A stretch of DNA of 29,429 nucleotides from Candidatus Micrarchaeia archaeon. GTDB taxonomy: Archaea > Micrarchaeota > Micrarchaeia > Micrarchaeales > CABMGC01. The stretch is taken from assembly GCA_049976845.1 (NCBI GenBank), contig JBMFHL010000008.1, positions 1 through 29,429 of the forward strand, in the 5' to 3' direction. A model generated the notes under the pieces. The model did no database searches. It was not told where the DNA came from and saw nothing but the letters and a program-made list of their open reading frames with translations. Shown piece by piece: positions 1 through 8,199 of the stretch. Both the position numbers and the translations under genes were made by a program. Each line of letters begins with the position of its first letter. The stretch's first letter is position 1.

Positions 1-1036
1 GTACCTGCTTACAAAAGATGCAACACGGCTATCCAAAAAAGAGGCGAGTATGCTGCTTTCGCTTGCAGAAATATATTCTCTGCCAAAGCCAGACAAAGAT
101 GGGATGTACAGAGGTAAGGACATATTCTCGATGCTGCTGCCAAGCACGCTGAATTTTGAGATAAAGACAAAGAAGCAAACCTTCAAGATAGAGCATGGAA
201 AACTTGTGGAAGGGGTTATAGACAAAACCCTATATGGAAGGGCAAGCAAGCTACTTGCTAAAATCGCATTAGACTTTGGAACCGACGAACTTCAAAAATT
301 TATAAACAGGTCTTCAAGGCTTGCAGATGCATACGTCACGCAGCAGGGCTTTACAGTAGGAATATCAGAGTATATAGTAAGCAAGGAAATTGAAGCAGAG
401 AGATCTGCAATAGTTGAAAAAGCATTCAAAAAAGTGGCAGAGCTTATAGAAAGCTACAAGAGCAGGAAGCTTGAGCCACTTGTAGGCTATACGCTGAAGC
501 AATCCCTTGAAAAACTGATAATATCTGAATTAGATCTGGCTAGATCAGCAGCAGGAGAATACGTTGTCACGCACAGCAAAGAAGACAACAGCGTGGTGCT
601 CATGGCCTTCGCAGGCTCTAGGGGGAGCGTATTGAATGTAGTGCAGATGGATATGCTGCTGGGCCAGCAGTCAACGCAGACAGGAGGAAGGATAAAGAGG
701 GGATATTATACGAACAGGGTGCTGCCACACATAAGGCCAAACGACATAACGCCTCCGGCAAGGGGTTTTGTCACGACAAATTATTTCTATGGCCTATCGC
801 CAATAGACTTTTACATGCACACTATAGGATCAAGAGGTTCTGAGGTATACAAAGCCTTACTCACTGCAAGGGCAGGTTACCTCTATAGGCGTGTGAGCAA
901 CGCATTGCAGGACTACTATGTAAAAGAGGACTTTAGCGTAAGAGATGTTCATGGCAGACTAATACAGACAATATATGGTGGAGACGCGGTTGATCCTGTG
1001 AAAGAAGGTTTGAAAGAGGTAGAAGGAACAGAGTGA
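1..1036 (+). CDS. rpo1N: DNA-directed RNA polymerase subunit A' (Rpo1N), C-terminal part; 5'-truncated by the window edge
   Basis: The frame is open from position 2 (YLLTKDATRL...). It has funnel/F-loop motifs (GSRGS..N..QM...LGQQ, LPH...ARGFV) and the bridge-helix end GYLYRRVSNALQD...YGGD. It is followed directly by Rpo1C. Confidence 0.95.
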   Translation, partial: YLLTKDATRLSKKEASMLLSLAEIYSLPKPDKDGMYRGKDIFSMLLPSTLNFEIKTKKQTFKIEHGKLVEGVIDKTLYGRASKLLAKIALDFGTDELQKFINRSSRLADAYVTQQGFTVGISEYIVSKEIEAERSAIVEKAFKKVAELIESYKSRKLEPLVGYTLKQSLEKLIISELDLARSAAGEYVVTHSKEDNSVVLMAFAGSRGSVLNVVQMDMLLGQQSTQTGGRIKRGYYTNRVLPHIRPNDITPPARGFVTTNYFYGLSPIDFYMHTIGSRGSEVYKALLTARAGYLYRRVSNALQDYYVKEDFSVRDVHGRLIQTIYGGDAVDPVKEGLKEVEGTE

Positions 1037-2088
1037 TTGCGATGGATAAGAAAAATTACAAAATTGAATCTGGCGAGCCCGTAGGCATAATTGCAGCTCA
1101 GTCAATAGGGGAGCCAGGAACTCAGATGATTATAGGTTCATTCCACCTTGCAGGTATAGCCTCTATGATGGCTACTTCAGGATTGCCTAGAATGGTAGAG
1201 TTAGTTGATGCTAGGAAAAAGCCTGCTTCACCTCTTACTTTCATATACCTTGATGACAAAATAAAGAACAATTTCGAAAAGGCAGATGCGTTGGCAAGAA
1301 GGATAAGTGAGGTCAAGATTGCAGACATAACTAAGCATGTTGTAGAAAATTTCTCAAAAGGCCTCATAACGCTGATAATTGACAGGCAGAAGATAGAAGC
1401 ATATAATTTAACAGTAAAAGCGGTGGAAAGCAAGATAGGCAAGCTTTTGAAGGTGGATGTAAGCTCAAGCGAGCACAAGATAATACTTAGCATGCACACA
1501 AAAAATCTCAAGCTCATAAGAGATACTGCAGTAAAGGTAATGTCTCTTACAATCAATGGCATAGAGGGCATAGGGCAGTGCGTGCTGCAGCAGGACCAGA
1601 AAACCGGCGAAATGTATATCATAGCAGATGAATGCAACATAGCGCCCCTGCTTGAAGTTGAAGGCGTTGACAAGTCGAGGATTTACACTAATAATATCTA
1701 TGAAATGTATAGAATTTACGGAATAGAGGCAGCAAGGAATGCCATTGCTAATGAAATAATGACCACACTAAAGGAGCAGGGCATAAGCGTGAGCCCACGC
1801 CATATAATGCTTCTTGCCGATGCAATGACATATACCGGCGAGATAAAGAATGTCGGCAGGCATGGATTGAGCGGTGAAAAGAAATCTGTTTTTGCAAGGG
1901 CAGCATACGAAGAAACTGTTAAGCATCTTATAAACGCTGCTGCTTTCGGTGAGATAGATCCAATGAGTGGCGTAACAGAAAGCATACTTATAGGCAAGCA
2001 AATCCTTCTTGGAACAGGCACAGTGGAGCTTGCAGTAAAGAAAGATGACCTTTCGAAGATAAGCAGGAAGGAGCAGAAGAAAAGCTGA
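1033..2088 (+). CDS. rpo1C: DNA-directed RNA polymerase subunit A'' (Rpo1C)
   Basis: Motifs GEPVGIIAAQSIGEPGTQM, GLPR, GIEAARNAI, RHIMLLADAMT, SVFARAAYE, GVTESILIG. The start is either GTG 1033 (overlapping the rpo1N stop) or ATG 1042. Confidence 0.96.
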   Translation: MIAMDKKNYKIESGEPVGIIAAQSIGEPGTQMIIGSFHLAGIASMMATSGLPRMVELVDARKKPASPLTFIYLDDKIKNNFEKADALARRISEVKIADITKHVVENFSKGLITLIIDRQKIEAYNLTVKAVESKIGKLLKVDVSSSEHKIILSMHTKNLKLIRDTAVKVMSLTINGIEGIGQCVLQQDQKTGEMYIIADECNIAPLLEVEGVDKSRIYTNNIYEMYRIYGIEAARNAIANEIMTTLKEQGISVSPRHIMLLADAMTYTGEIKNVGRHGLSGEKKSVFARAAYEETVKHLINAAAFGEIDPMSGVTESILIGKQILLGTGTVELAVKKDDLSKISRKEQKKS

Positions 2089-2129
2089 TGCATCTATAAT
2101 ATTTAATTAATTGAATTTTTGGTGGAAAA

Positions 2130-2354
2130 ATGGTACAAGAGAGACCTTTCGATCTGCTCAATAAGGCAATTGGGCAACAAGTGCTGATAAGGCTGAAGAA
2201 CAATATGGAGATAAGAGGCAGAGTCACGTCATTCGATGTGCACATGAACATAGTGCTAGAGGATGCGGAAGAGCTTGATGAAGGAAATCTAAAGGTCAAG
2301 CTGGGCACTATCCTGCTAAGGGGAGGAAACATTTTATTTGTTTCTCCTGCTTAA
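2130..2354 (+). CDS. Sm-like archaeal protein (SmAP/Lsm)
   Basis: 74 aa with Sm1 (RGRVTSFDVHMNIVLEDAEE) and Sm2 (ILLRGGNI) motifs; GGTGG RBS at 2121-2125. Confidence 0.93.
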   Translation: MVQERPFDLLNKAIGQQVLIRLKNNMEIRGRVTSFDVHMNIVLEDAEELDEGNLKVKLGTILLRGGNILFVSPA

Positions 2355-2371
2355 TCACATAATTCATTCTT

Positions 2372-2471
2372 GGGCTCCTAGCGCAACGGTAGCGCGCCTG
2401 CATGGCATGCAGGAGGTTGCGGGTTCGAAATAAATTTGTGCTGCAAATATACGAAATTCCCGCGGAGTCCA
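2372..2471 (+). tRNA. tRNA-Ala(GGC) with a 28-nt intron at position 59/60 (2430-2457)
   Basis: Acceptor stem GGGCTCC/GGAGTCC with G3:U70 and A73; anticodon arm CCTGC-ATGGCAT-GCAGG; T-stem GCGGG/CCCGC. The T-loop insert forms a BHB (TTCG/CGAA helix, AAA and ATT bulges), and its removal restores TTCGAAT. Confidence 0.93.
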
Positions 2472-2574
2472 TTAATCTAGGTTACTGCTACTAATCTAAT
2501 CTAATGTTAATCAAATAACATTAAGCTAAACAAATTGTGGTTAAACTATATATATAAGTTAAGCTAATACATAA

Positions 2575-3102
2575 ATGACTATTATGATTGCTAATAGAAA
2601 TAGAGAAGATTTGCCATCAGAAAGGCACAAAAGAATTGAAGAAACAGTATTTGAAATACTCAAATTAGAGAACGAGCTTTATCCTAAATTGCATTATCAA
2701 TTTACAAATGCAGTGAAAAAATTTCCTGATGCTTTGAAAATGGCATTCAGAGGCGAGGCGAATAATAAAGTTCAACAAGAGGAGCAAATAAAGGCAATAT
2801 ACCATGATTTATTAAACAGATTTAAATCGATTGACGAGGTCGGTGCCTCTCTATTTTATGCGCAGTCTACAAGCATAGACAGGATAAAAGCAATATACAA
2901 TATAGATGCGACAGAGTTATACAAAAAATTTGATCTCGTCATTTTTGGAGAATCATTGCTAATACACTTGGATCAGCCGCTGCTTTTCATACCTGATGCA
3001 AAGAGCATCAATTCAAACAAAAAGGTTGCAAAAGAGCTAACAGATAAAATAATTTCAAGCATAGAGAGCTCAAGCCTGAATGTAAGCCAAAAAACAGGCT
3101 AA
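2575..3102 (+). CDS. hypothetical protein
   Basis: 175-aa ORF filling the gap, with a TATA-like run at about 2547-2556; no recognisable motif. Confidence 0.6.
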   Translation: MTIMIANRNREDLPSERHKRIEETVFEILKLENELYPKLHYQFTNAVKKFPDALKMAFRGEANNKVQQEEQIKAIYHDLLNRFKSIDEVGASLFYAQSTSIDRIKAIYNIDATELYKKFDLVIFGESLLIHLDQPLLFIPDAKSINSNKKVAKELTDKIISSIESSSLNVSQKTG

Positions 3103-3185
3103 AAGCATTAAAAATCAATAAAATGTTATTTTTATCAATAAATTATGCAAAACTTTTAACTTTTTATTGTAAAAATCAAAAGGTA

Positions 3186-3211
3186 TTTAAATATATTCAT
3201 GCATAATATAT
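3186..3211 (+). promoter_or_regulatory. Putative TATA box (TTTAAATA) with an overlapping inverted repeat ATATATT-N7-AATATAT
   Basis: The TATA-like element lies about 22-29 nt before ATG 3215, the geometry of a leaderless transcript. The repeat arms are at 3191-3197 and 3205-3211. Confidence 0.4.
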
Positions 3212-3214
3212 AAC

Positions 3215-3643
3215 ATGTCAGCAGAAGGAAGATTAGTCATACGGCAAGTAGCAAAACCTTCAAAGTACACTGCAGACGAGTTTGTAAATTGGTTCTGCAA
3301 GGTCTTCAACCTTTCTGAAAGCAGATCCAGCGTGGAACCAAAGATGCTCAGGATAATTGCTAGCAGGAGCCTTTCAGGAGAGGGCGTAACTAGCAAAGAG
3401 CTAAATAAAATCCTAAGCATGCCGAGAAGTACAGCAATATACCATTTAAACAGGTTCATAAACTCTGGAATAGCTGTAAGGAAGGGGAGGAAGTATTATT
3501 TAAGGTCAGAAAGTATGGAGGACACTATAGAAGAGCTACAAGACGACATGCTAAGGGAGTTCAGCAAGCTTATGGAACTTGCAGAGAAATTTGATAGGAT
3601 CATGGAAGGCGAATCTTATGGAAGAGGGAAAAAACCCAAATGA
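3215..3643 (+). CDS. winged helix-turn-helix transcriptional regulator (ArsR/TrmB-like) with a C-terminal coiled coil
   Basis: HTH pattern GVTSKELNKILSMPRSTAIYHLNRFINSGIAVRKGRKYYL; overlaps the grpE start. Confidence 0.75.
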   Translation: MSAEGRLVIRQVAKPSKYTADEFVNWFCKVFNLSESRSSVEPKMLRIIASRSLSGEGVTSKELNKILSMPRSTAIYHLNRFINSGIAVRKGRKYYLRSESMEDTIEELQDDMLREFSKLMELAEKFDRIMEGESYGRGKKPK

Positions 3644-4151
3644 AGAAAAAAGCCAAAAAGGTAAAGAGAACGACGCAGAATCTGAAAGCAAAGCTGCCGC
3701 TTCAAGCAATGTCAGCGAAAGCGAATATGTCGATCTCAAGGAAAGGCACCTGAGGCTGGCTGCAGAGTTTGACAATTACAAGAAAAGAGCAGTAAAAGAG
3801 TTTGAGAATTCAAAAACATTCGGAAAAATAGAGCTGATTAAAAGACTACTTCCAGTGCTTGATGAATTTGAGCTTGCATTATCCATAGAGAAGGATGAAA
3901 AGAATGGAGGCACTAGAAAAGGGATAGAGATGATCTACTCAAATCTAGTCGATGCGCTAAAAGCCGAGGGCCTTTCAATAATAGACACTAGCGGGTCTTA
4001 TGACCCATACAAGCATGAGATAGTAATTACAAGAGAGAGTAAAGAGAAGGAAGGCAAAATACTTGAAGTCGTAAGGAAAGGATACATGCTCAATGGCATA
4101 TTGGTAAGACCGGCATCTGTCATAGTTGCAAAAGAGATGCCGCAAAAATAA
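3618..4151 (+). CDS. grpE: nucleotide exchange factor GrpE
   Basis: Motifs [50 protein letters not shown] prefer ATG 3618 over the longer ORF-track start at 3579. Confidence 0.95.
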   Translation: MEEGKNPNEEKSQKGKENDAESESKAAASSNVSESEYVDLKERHLRLAAEFDNYKKRAVKEFENSKTFGKIELIKRLLPVLDEFELALSIEKDEKNGGTRKGIEMIYSNLVDALKAEGLSIIDTSGSYDPYKHEIVITRESKEKEGKILEVVRKGYMLNGILVRPASVIVAKEMPQK

Positions 4152-4164
4152 ATTTGGTGATAAG

Positions 4165-6027
4165 ATGAAAATTATAGGAATAGATTTAGGAACATCTAAT
4201 TCTGCCGCAGCAGTTTTAGAGGGTGGCAGGCCAACGATAATCCCAAGTACCGAAGGGATAACTTTGTATGGTAAAGCATTCCCAAGTTACGTTGCTTTCA
4301 CAAAAGATGGCCAAAGGCTTGTAGGAGAGCCGGCGAGGAGACAGGCCGTCGCGAATCCGGAAGGCACAGTTACAGCGTTCAAGAGAAAGATGGGCACAGA
4401 TTACAAATACAATCTTCTTGGCAAGAGTTATACTCCGCAGGAACTTTCAGCAATACTTCTTCAAAAAATAAAAAGGGATGCAGAGGCATTTTTGGGAGAA
4501 GAAGTAAAGCAGGCAGTAATAACAGTACCAGCATACTTTAACGATAACCAAAGGCAAGCAACCAAAGACGCAGGCGAAATCGCAGGCCTCGAAGTAGTGA
4601 GATTGGTAAACGAGCCTACAGCAGCGTGCCTTGCATATGGCTTGGACAAGCTAAATAAAGAGATGAAAATATTGGTATATGACTTTGGCGGCGGAACATT
4701 GGATGTAACAATAATGGAATTTGGAAATGGTGTATTTGAAGTTAAGTCCACAAGTGGCGACACCCAGCTTGGCGGCACAGACATGGATAATGCACTCGTA
4801 GATTTACTCTTAAAAGAAGTCAAAAACACGACAGGCGTTGACATATCAAAAGACAAGCAGGCGCTTCAGAGGCTAAGGGAAGCAGGAGAGAAAGCGAAAA
4901 TAGAACTATCAACGGCGCTGCAAACAGAAATAAATCTACCATTCCTTACAATGGGTCCTGGCAATACGCCAGTGCACTTTGCTTATACTTTCACTAGGGC
5001 AAAGCTTGAGGAAATAGTACTGCCAATAGTGGAAAGGACCACAAAGCCGGTAATGCAAGCGCTAAAGGATGCAAAGCTCGAGCCGAAGGACATAGACAAG
5101 GTGATCTTAGTCGGAGGCCCAACACGCATGCCCATAGTGCAGAGATATGTCGAGCAGCTTCTGGGCAAAAAAATAGAGCGTGGCGTGGATCCAATGGAAG
5201 CCGTAGCTTTCGGTGCAGCCATACAGGCAGGCGTGCTTACAGGCGAGGTTAAGGATATAGTGTTATTGGATGTTACCCCTCTTTCGTTAGGCATAGAAAC
5301 ATTGGGGGGAGTAATGACGAAATTGATAGAAAGGAATACAACAATACCAATAAAGAAATCGCAGGTATTCACAACTGCAGATGACATGCAGACCAGTGTA
5401 GACATACATATATTGCAAGGCGAAAGAGCAATGGCAAAAGACAACATATCATTAGGCAATTTCACGTTAACAGGCATACCTCCTGCTCCAAGAGGGTCCC
5501 CGCAGATAGAAGTAACTTTCGACATAGACGCAAACGGCATATTGCACGTTACTGCAAAAGACAAAGCCACTGGCAAGGAGCAAGGAATGAAGGTGGTTGC
5601 TCCAAACAAGATGTCCCAGCAGGACATAGAAGCGAAAACAAAAGAAGCAGAGAAGTACGCAGAGGAAGACAGAAAGCTGCGCGAGCAGGTAGAATTGAAG
5701 AATACTGCCGAATCGCTGATATACACAGCAGACAAAACCCTAAAAGAAAACAAAGACAAGATATCGAGTGATGTTGTGCAGGGTATTGAGAAAGCCAAAA
5801 GCGATCTGAAAGAAGCAATAAATAAAGAAGACTATGATGATATGAAGAACAAGCTCGAAGATCTCAAAACCGCACTTGAGAAAGTTGGCGAAGAGCTTTA
5901 TAAAAGTGGCTCAAACCAGCAAGGTCCGCAGGGTCCTCAAGGTCCTGACGGCACTTCTCCAGGATTCGGAGGCAGCGAAGGTCCAGATTCAAGCACTTCA
6001 GATGCAGATTTCAAGGTAGAAAAATGA
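4165..6027 (+). CDS. dnaK: molecular chaperone DnaK (Hsp70)
   Basis: Motifs [41 protein letters not shown]. The GGTGA RBS at 4156-4160 supports ATG 4165. Confidence 0.98.
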   Translation: MKIIGIDLGTSNSAAAVLEGGRPTIIPSTEGITLYGKAFPSYVAFTKDGQRLVGEPARRQAVANPEGTVTAFKRKMGTDYKYNLLGKSYTPQELSAILLQKIKRDAEAFLGEEVKQAVITVPAYFNDNQRQATKDAGEIAGLEVVRLVNEPTAACLAYGLDKLNKEMKILVYDFGGGTLDVTIMEFGNGVFEVKSTSGDTQLGGTDMDNALVDLLLKEVKNTTGVDISKDKQALQRLREAGEKAKIELSTALQTEINLPFLTMGPGNTPVHFAYTFTRAKLEEIVLPIVERTTKPVMQALKDAKLEPKDIDKVILVGGPTRMPIVQRYVEQLLGKKIERGVDPMEAVAFGAAIQAGVLTGEVKDIVLLDVTPLSLGIETLGGVMTKLIERNTTIPIKKSQVFTTADDMQTSVDIHILQGERAMAKDNISLGNFTLTGIPPAPRGSPQIEVTFDIDANGILHVTAKDKATGKEQGMKVVAPNKMSQQDIEAKTKEAEKYAEEDRKLREQVELKNTAESLIYTADKTLKENKDKISSDVVQGIEKAKSDLKEAINKEDYDDMKNKLEDLKTALEKVGEELYKSGSNQQGPQGPQGPDGTSPGFGGSEGPDSSTSDADFKVEK

Positions 6028-6040
6028 AAACAGTGCTCAA

Positions 6041-7159
6041 ATGGCAAAGGATTTCTATGAAATATTGGGTGTTCCGAGGAGTGCAAGTCTAGATGACATT
6101 AAAAAAGCCTACAGAGAACTTGCGCTAAAGTACCATCCTGACAGGAACAAGTCAAAGGAAGCAGAAGAGAAATTCAAGGAGATAAACGAAGCATACGCAG
6201 TCTTGGGTGACGAGCAGAAGAGGAAGCAATACGACGCTTATGGCCCAGCAGGCTTTGAGCAGAGATATTCAGAAGAAGACATATTCAGAGGCTTTAATTT
6301 TGACGAGATATTCAAAGACCTAGGAATAAATCTGGGCTTCGATTTTTCAAATTCTGATTTTTTTGGCAATTTCTCTCAACAAGGCAGTAGAAATCGTGAG
6401 ATAGGGCAGAGCATATTATACAAGCTCAGCATAACCTTTGAGGAAGCCGCGCGAGGCGTAGAAAAGGAGATAAAATTCAGGCACGTGAAAAAATGTCCAA
6501 GATGCAATGGTACAGGAGGAGAGCCTGGAGCCAAGACCATAAAATGCCCCGAATGCAATGGCAGGGGGGTAATAGTTATGGTTAGAAATACTTTCTTCGG
6601 GCGTATGCAAACAACGTCTACTTGTCCAAGGTGCAATGGTGCAGGCAAAATATACGATAAAGTGTGCAGAACTTGCAATGGGACTGGCGGGGTCATAGGA
6701 GAAGACACGGTACTTGTCAAAATACCTGCTGGAGTAAGCAGTGGCATGAGGCTAAGGCTAAAAGACATGGGCGATTACGCAAGAGGCGGTGCAGGCGATC
6801 TCTATGTGGAAGTTCATGTCCAAAAGCACAAAGTCTTTGAAAGAGAAGGCGACAATATCTATGCGAATGTGGAAGTGCCTTTCTACACAGCAATACTCGG
6901 AGGCACAATAAAAGTTCCAACGCTAAGCGGCACAAAGGAAATAAGCATACAGCCAGGAACACAGCAGAATTCAAAGATAGTTATCCATGGGGAAGGCATA
7001 AAGTCGATGCGTGGCAGTGGCACAGGAGACGAAATAATAACGCTCTCGATAGGCATACCAAAAAATCTTACAAAGGAGGAAGAAGAGCTGCTTAGGAGGT
7101 TTAAATCACTTAGGGAAGAAGGAGACGAAAAGCAGAAGAAAAAGTTTGGCTTCTTCTAG
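6041..7159 (+). CDS. dnaJ: chaperone DnaJ
   Basis: J-domain with HPD, G/F-rich region, four CxxCxGxG repeats. Confidence 0.97.
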   Translation: MAKDFYEILGVPRSASLDDIKKAYRELALKYHPDRNKSKEAEEKFKEINEAYAVLGDEQKRKQYDAYGPAGFEQRYSEEDIFRGFNFDEIFKDLGINLGFDFSNSDFFGNFSQQGSRNREIGQSILYKLSITFEEAARGVEKEIKFRHVKKCPRCNGTGGEPGAKTIKCPECNGRGVIVMVRNTFFGRMQTTSTCPRCNGAGKIYDKVCRTCNGTGGVIGEDTVLVKIPAGVSSGMRLRLKDMGDYARGGAGDLYVEVHVQKHKVFEREGDNIYANVEVPFYTAILGGTIKVPTLSGTKEISIQPGTQQNSKIVIHGEGIKSMRGSGTGDEIITLSIGIPKNLTKEEEELLRRFKSLREEGDEKQKKKFGFF

Positions 7160-8184
7160 CGCCTGAGCTTTGAAAGCAGGAGCAGAAGCATAACTATGCC
7201 CAAGCCGATGAAAAGTGCTGAAAACTGCAGTTCTATAGGTATAAAATATACTCCTATAAAGATGCTCATAAATGAAAATAGAGGAGGTATTGCAGGAAGC
7301 GGCACCATATACTTTTTGAGCAGATGCATTGTGAAAGCAAGCCCAAATATGCCTCCTATAATCACAAATAACGAAGTGAAATAGCTGAAGAATATTTTGT
7401 AAGAGCTTATTGCAAGCATCAGTGGTATGCCCAGATCTCCTGCTCCAAGCTGGACTTGGCTTACAAGAGGCAGCTTTCCAGACTTTATTAGCTTCCTTAT
7501 GACCGGGCTATTTATCTTGGCAATCTCCTTCTTGTACTGTGCATACTCCTTTGCCTCTTTCTTGTTTAAATAATTCTTTGGCATTACCTCTATATCAGAT
7601 GTGCTTACAAGAAAAGCAAGGTTCTTACTTGAAAGCGCCTTCGCAAGCATTATCATGTGCTTTGTCACAAACACCGCCACATAGTCATATATAGCTATAA
7701 GCGCAACAAGCAGGTATGCGATTCCAAAGCTGAAGTCTAATCCAAGGATAAGCCCTACGCCTATGCTAGCTATTATGGCGACAAAATTTGTAAGGGATTT
7801 GCGCTTATTCTTGGCGATTATCATTGCTACCGCTGCCAATAGCGCAATAGCGTAAACAAAATTTACCCCTGCATTTGGCACAAGGTAAGAGATTACCACT
7901 ATAAATACGAAGAAAGAAGAGGCTATCACAACGAAGGCCTCCATCAGCACAAAAAGGGCCTCTCCATGGTATATTCTGAAAACCAAAAGGATTATGATGG
8001 CAGTAACTATTATGTAAATGAAAAACCAGATTGCTTCCATCGGTGTATTTACCGCGCTTCCCACGGCAAGTGTAAGTGGAGTCGTTGTAAACACGAGCGA
8101 GCTTACAAGGAGGCCGCCGAATTGCACAAGCATGAATATTATAAGTATATGAACGAGTTGCCTGGCCTCTATTCTCCTAAACAA
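7156..8184 (-). CDS. presenilin/signal-peptide-peptidase family (A22) intramembrane aspartyl protease
   Basis: Multiple hydrophobic helices; catalytic YD (IAIYDY), GxGD (LGAGD) and PAL-like (PAIP) motifs; TTG start preceded by GAGGTG. Confidence 0.88.
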   Translation of the reverse strand: MFRRIEARQLVHILIIFMLVQFGGLLVSSLVFTTTPLTLAVGSAVNTPMEAIWFFIYIIVTAIIILLVFRIYHGEALFVLMEAFVVIASSFFVFIVVISYLVPNAGVNFVYAIALLAAVAMIIAKNKRKSLTNFVAIIASIGVGLILGLDFSFGIAYLLVALIAIYDYVAVFVTKHMIMLAKALSSKNLAFLVSTSDIEVMPKNYLNKKEAKEYAQYKKEIAKINSPVIRKLIKSGKLPLVSQVQLGAGDLGIPLMLAISSYKIFFSYFTSLFVIIGGIFGLAFTMHLLKKYMVPLPAIPPLFSFMSIFIGVYFIPIELQFSALFIGLGIVMLLLLLSKLRR

Positions 8185-8199
8185 GCATACACCTCTAGA

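Noticed and set aside
4983..5798. Long antisense ORFs (271 aa here, 279 aa at 9302-10141, and other shorter ones)
   Set aside because: They are shadow frames opposite conserved genes (dnaK, mcm, etc.) with no protein-like motifs.
5920..5946. 9-bp tandem repeat encoding QGPQGPQGP
   Set aside because: Ordinary low-complexity DnaK C-terminal tail; not CRISPR-like.
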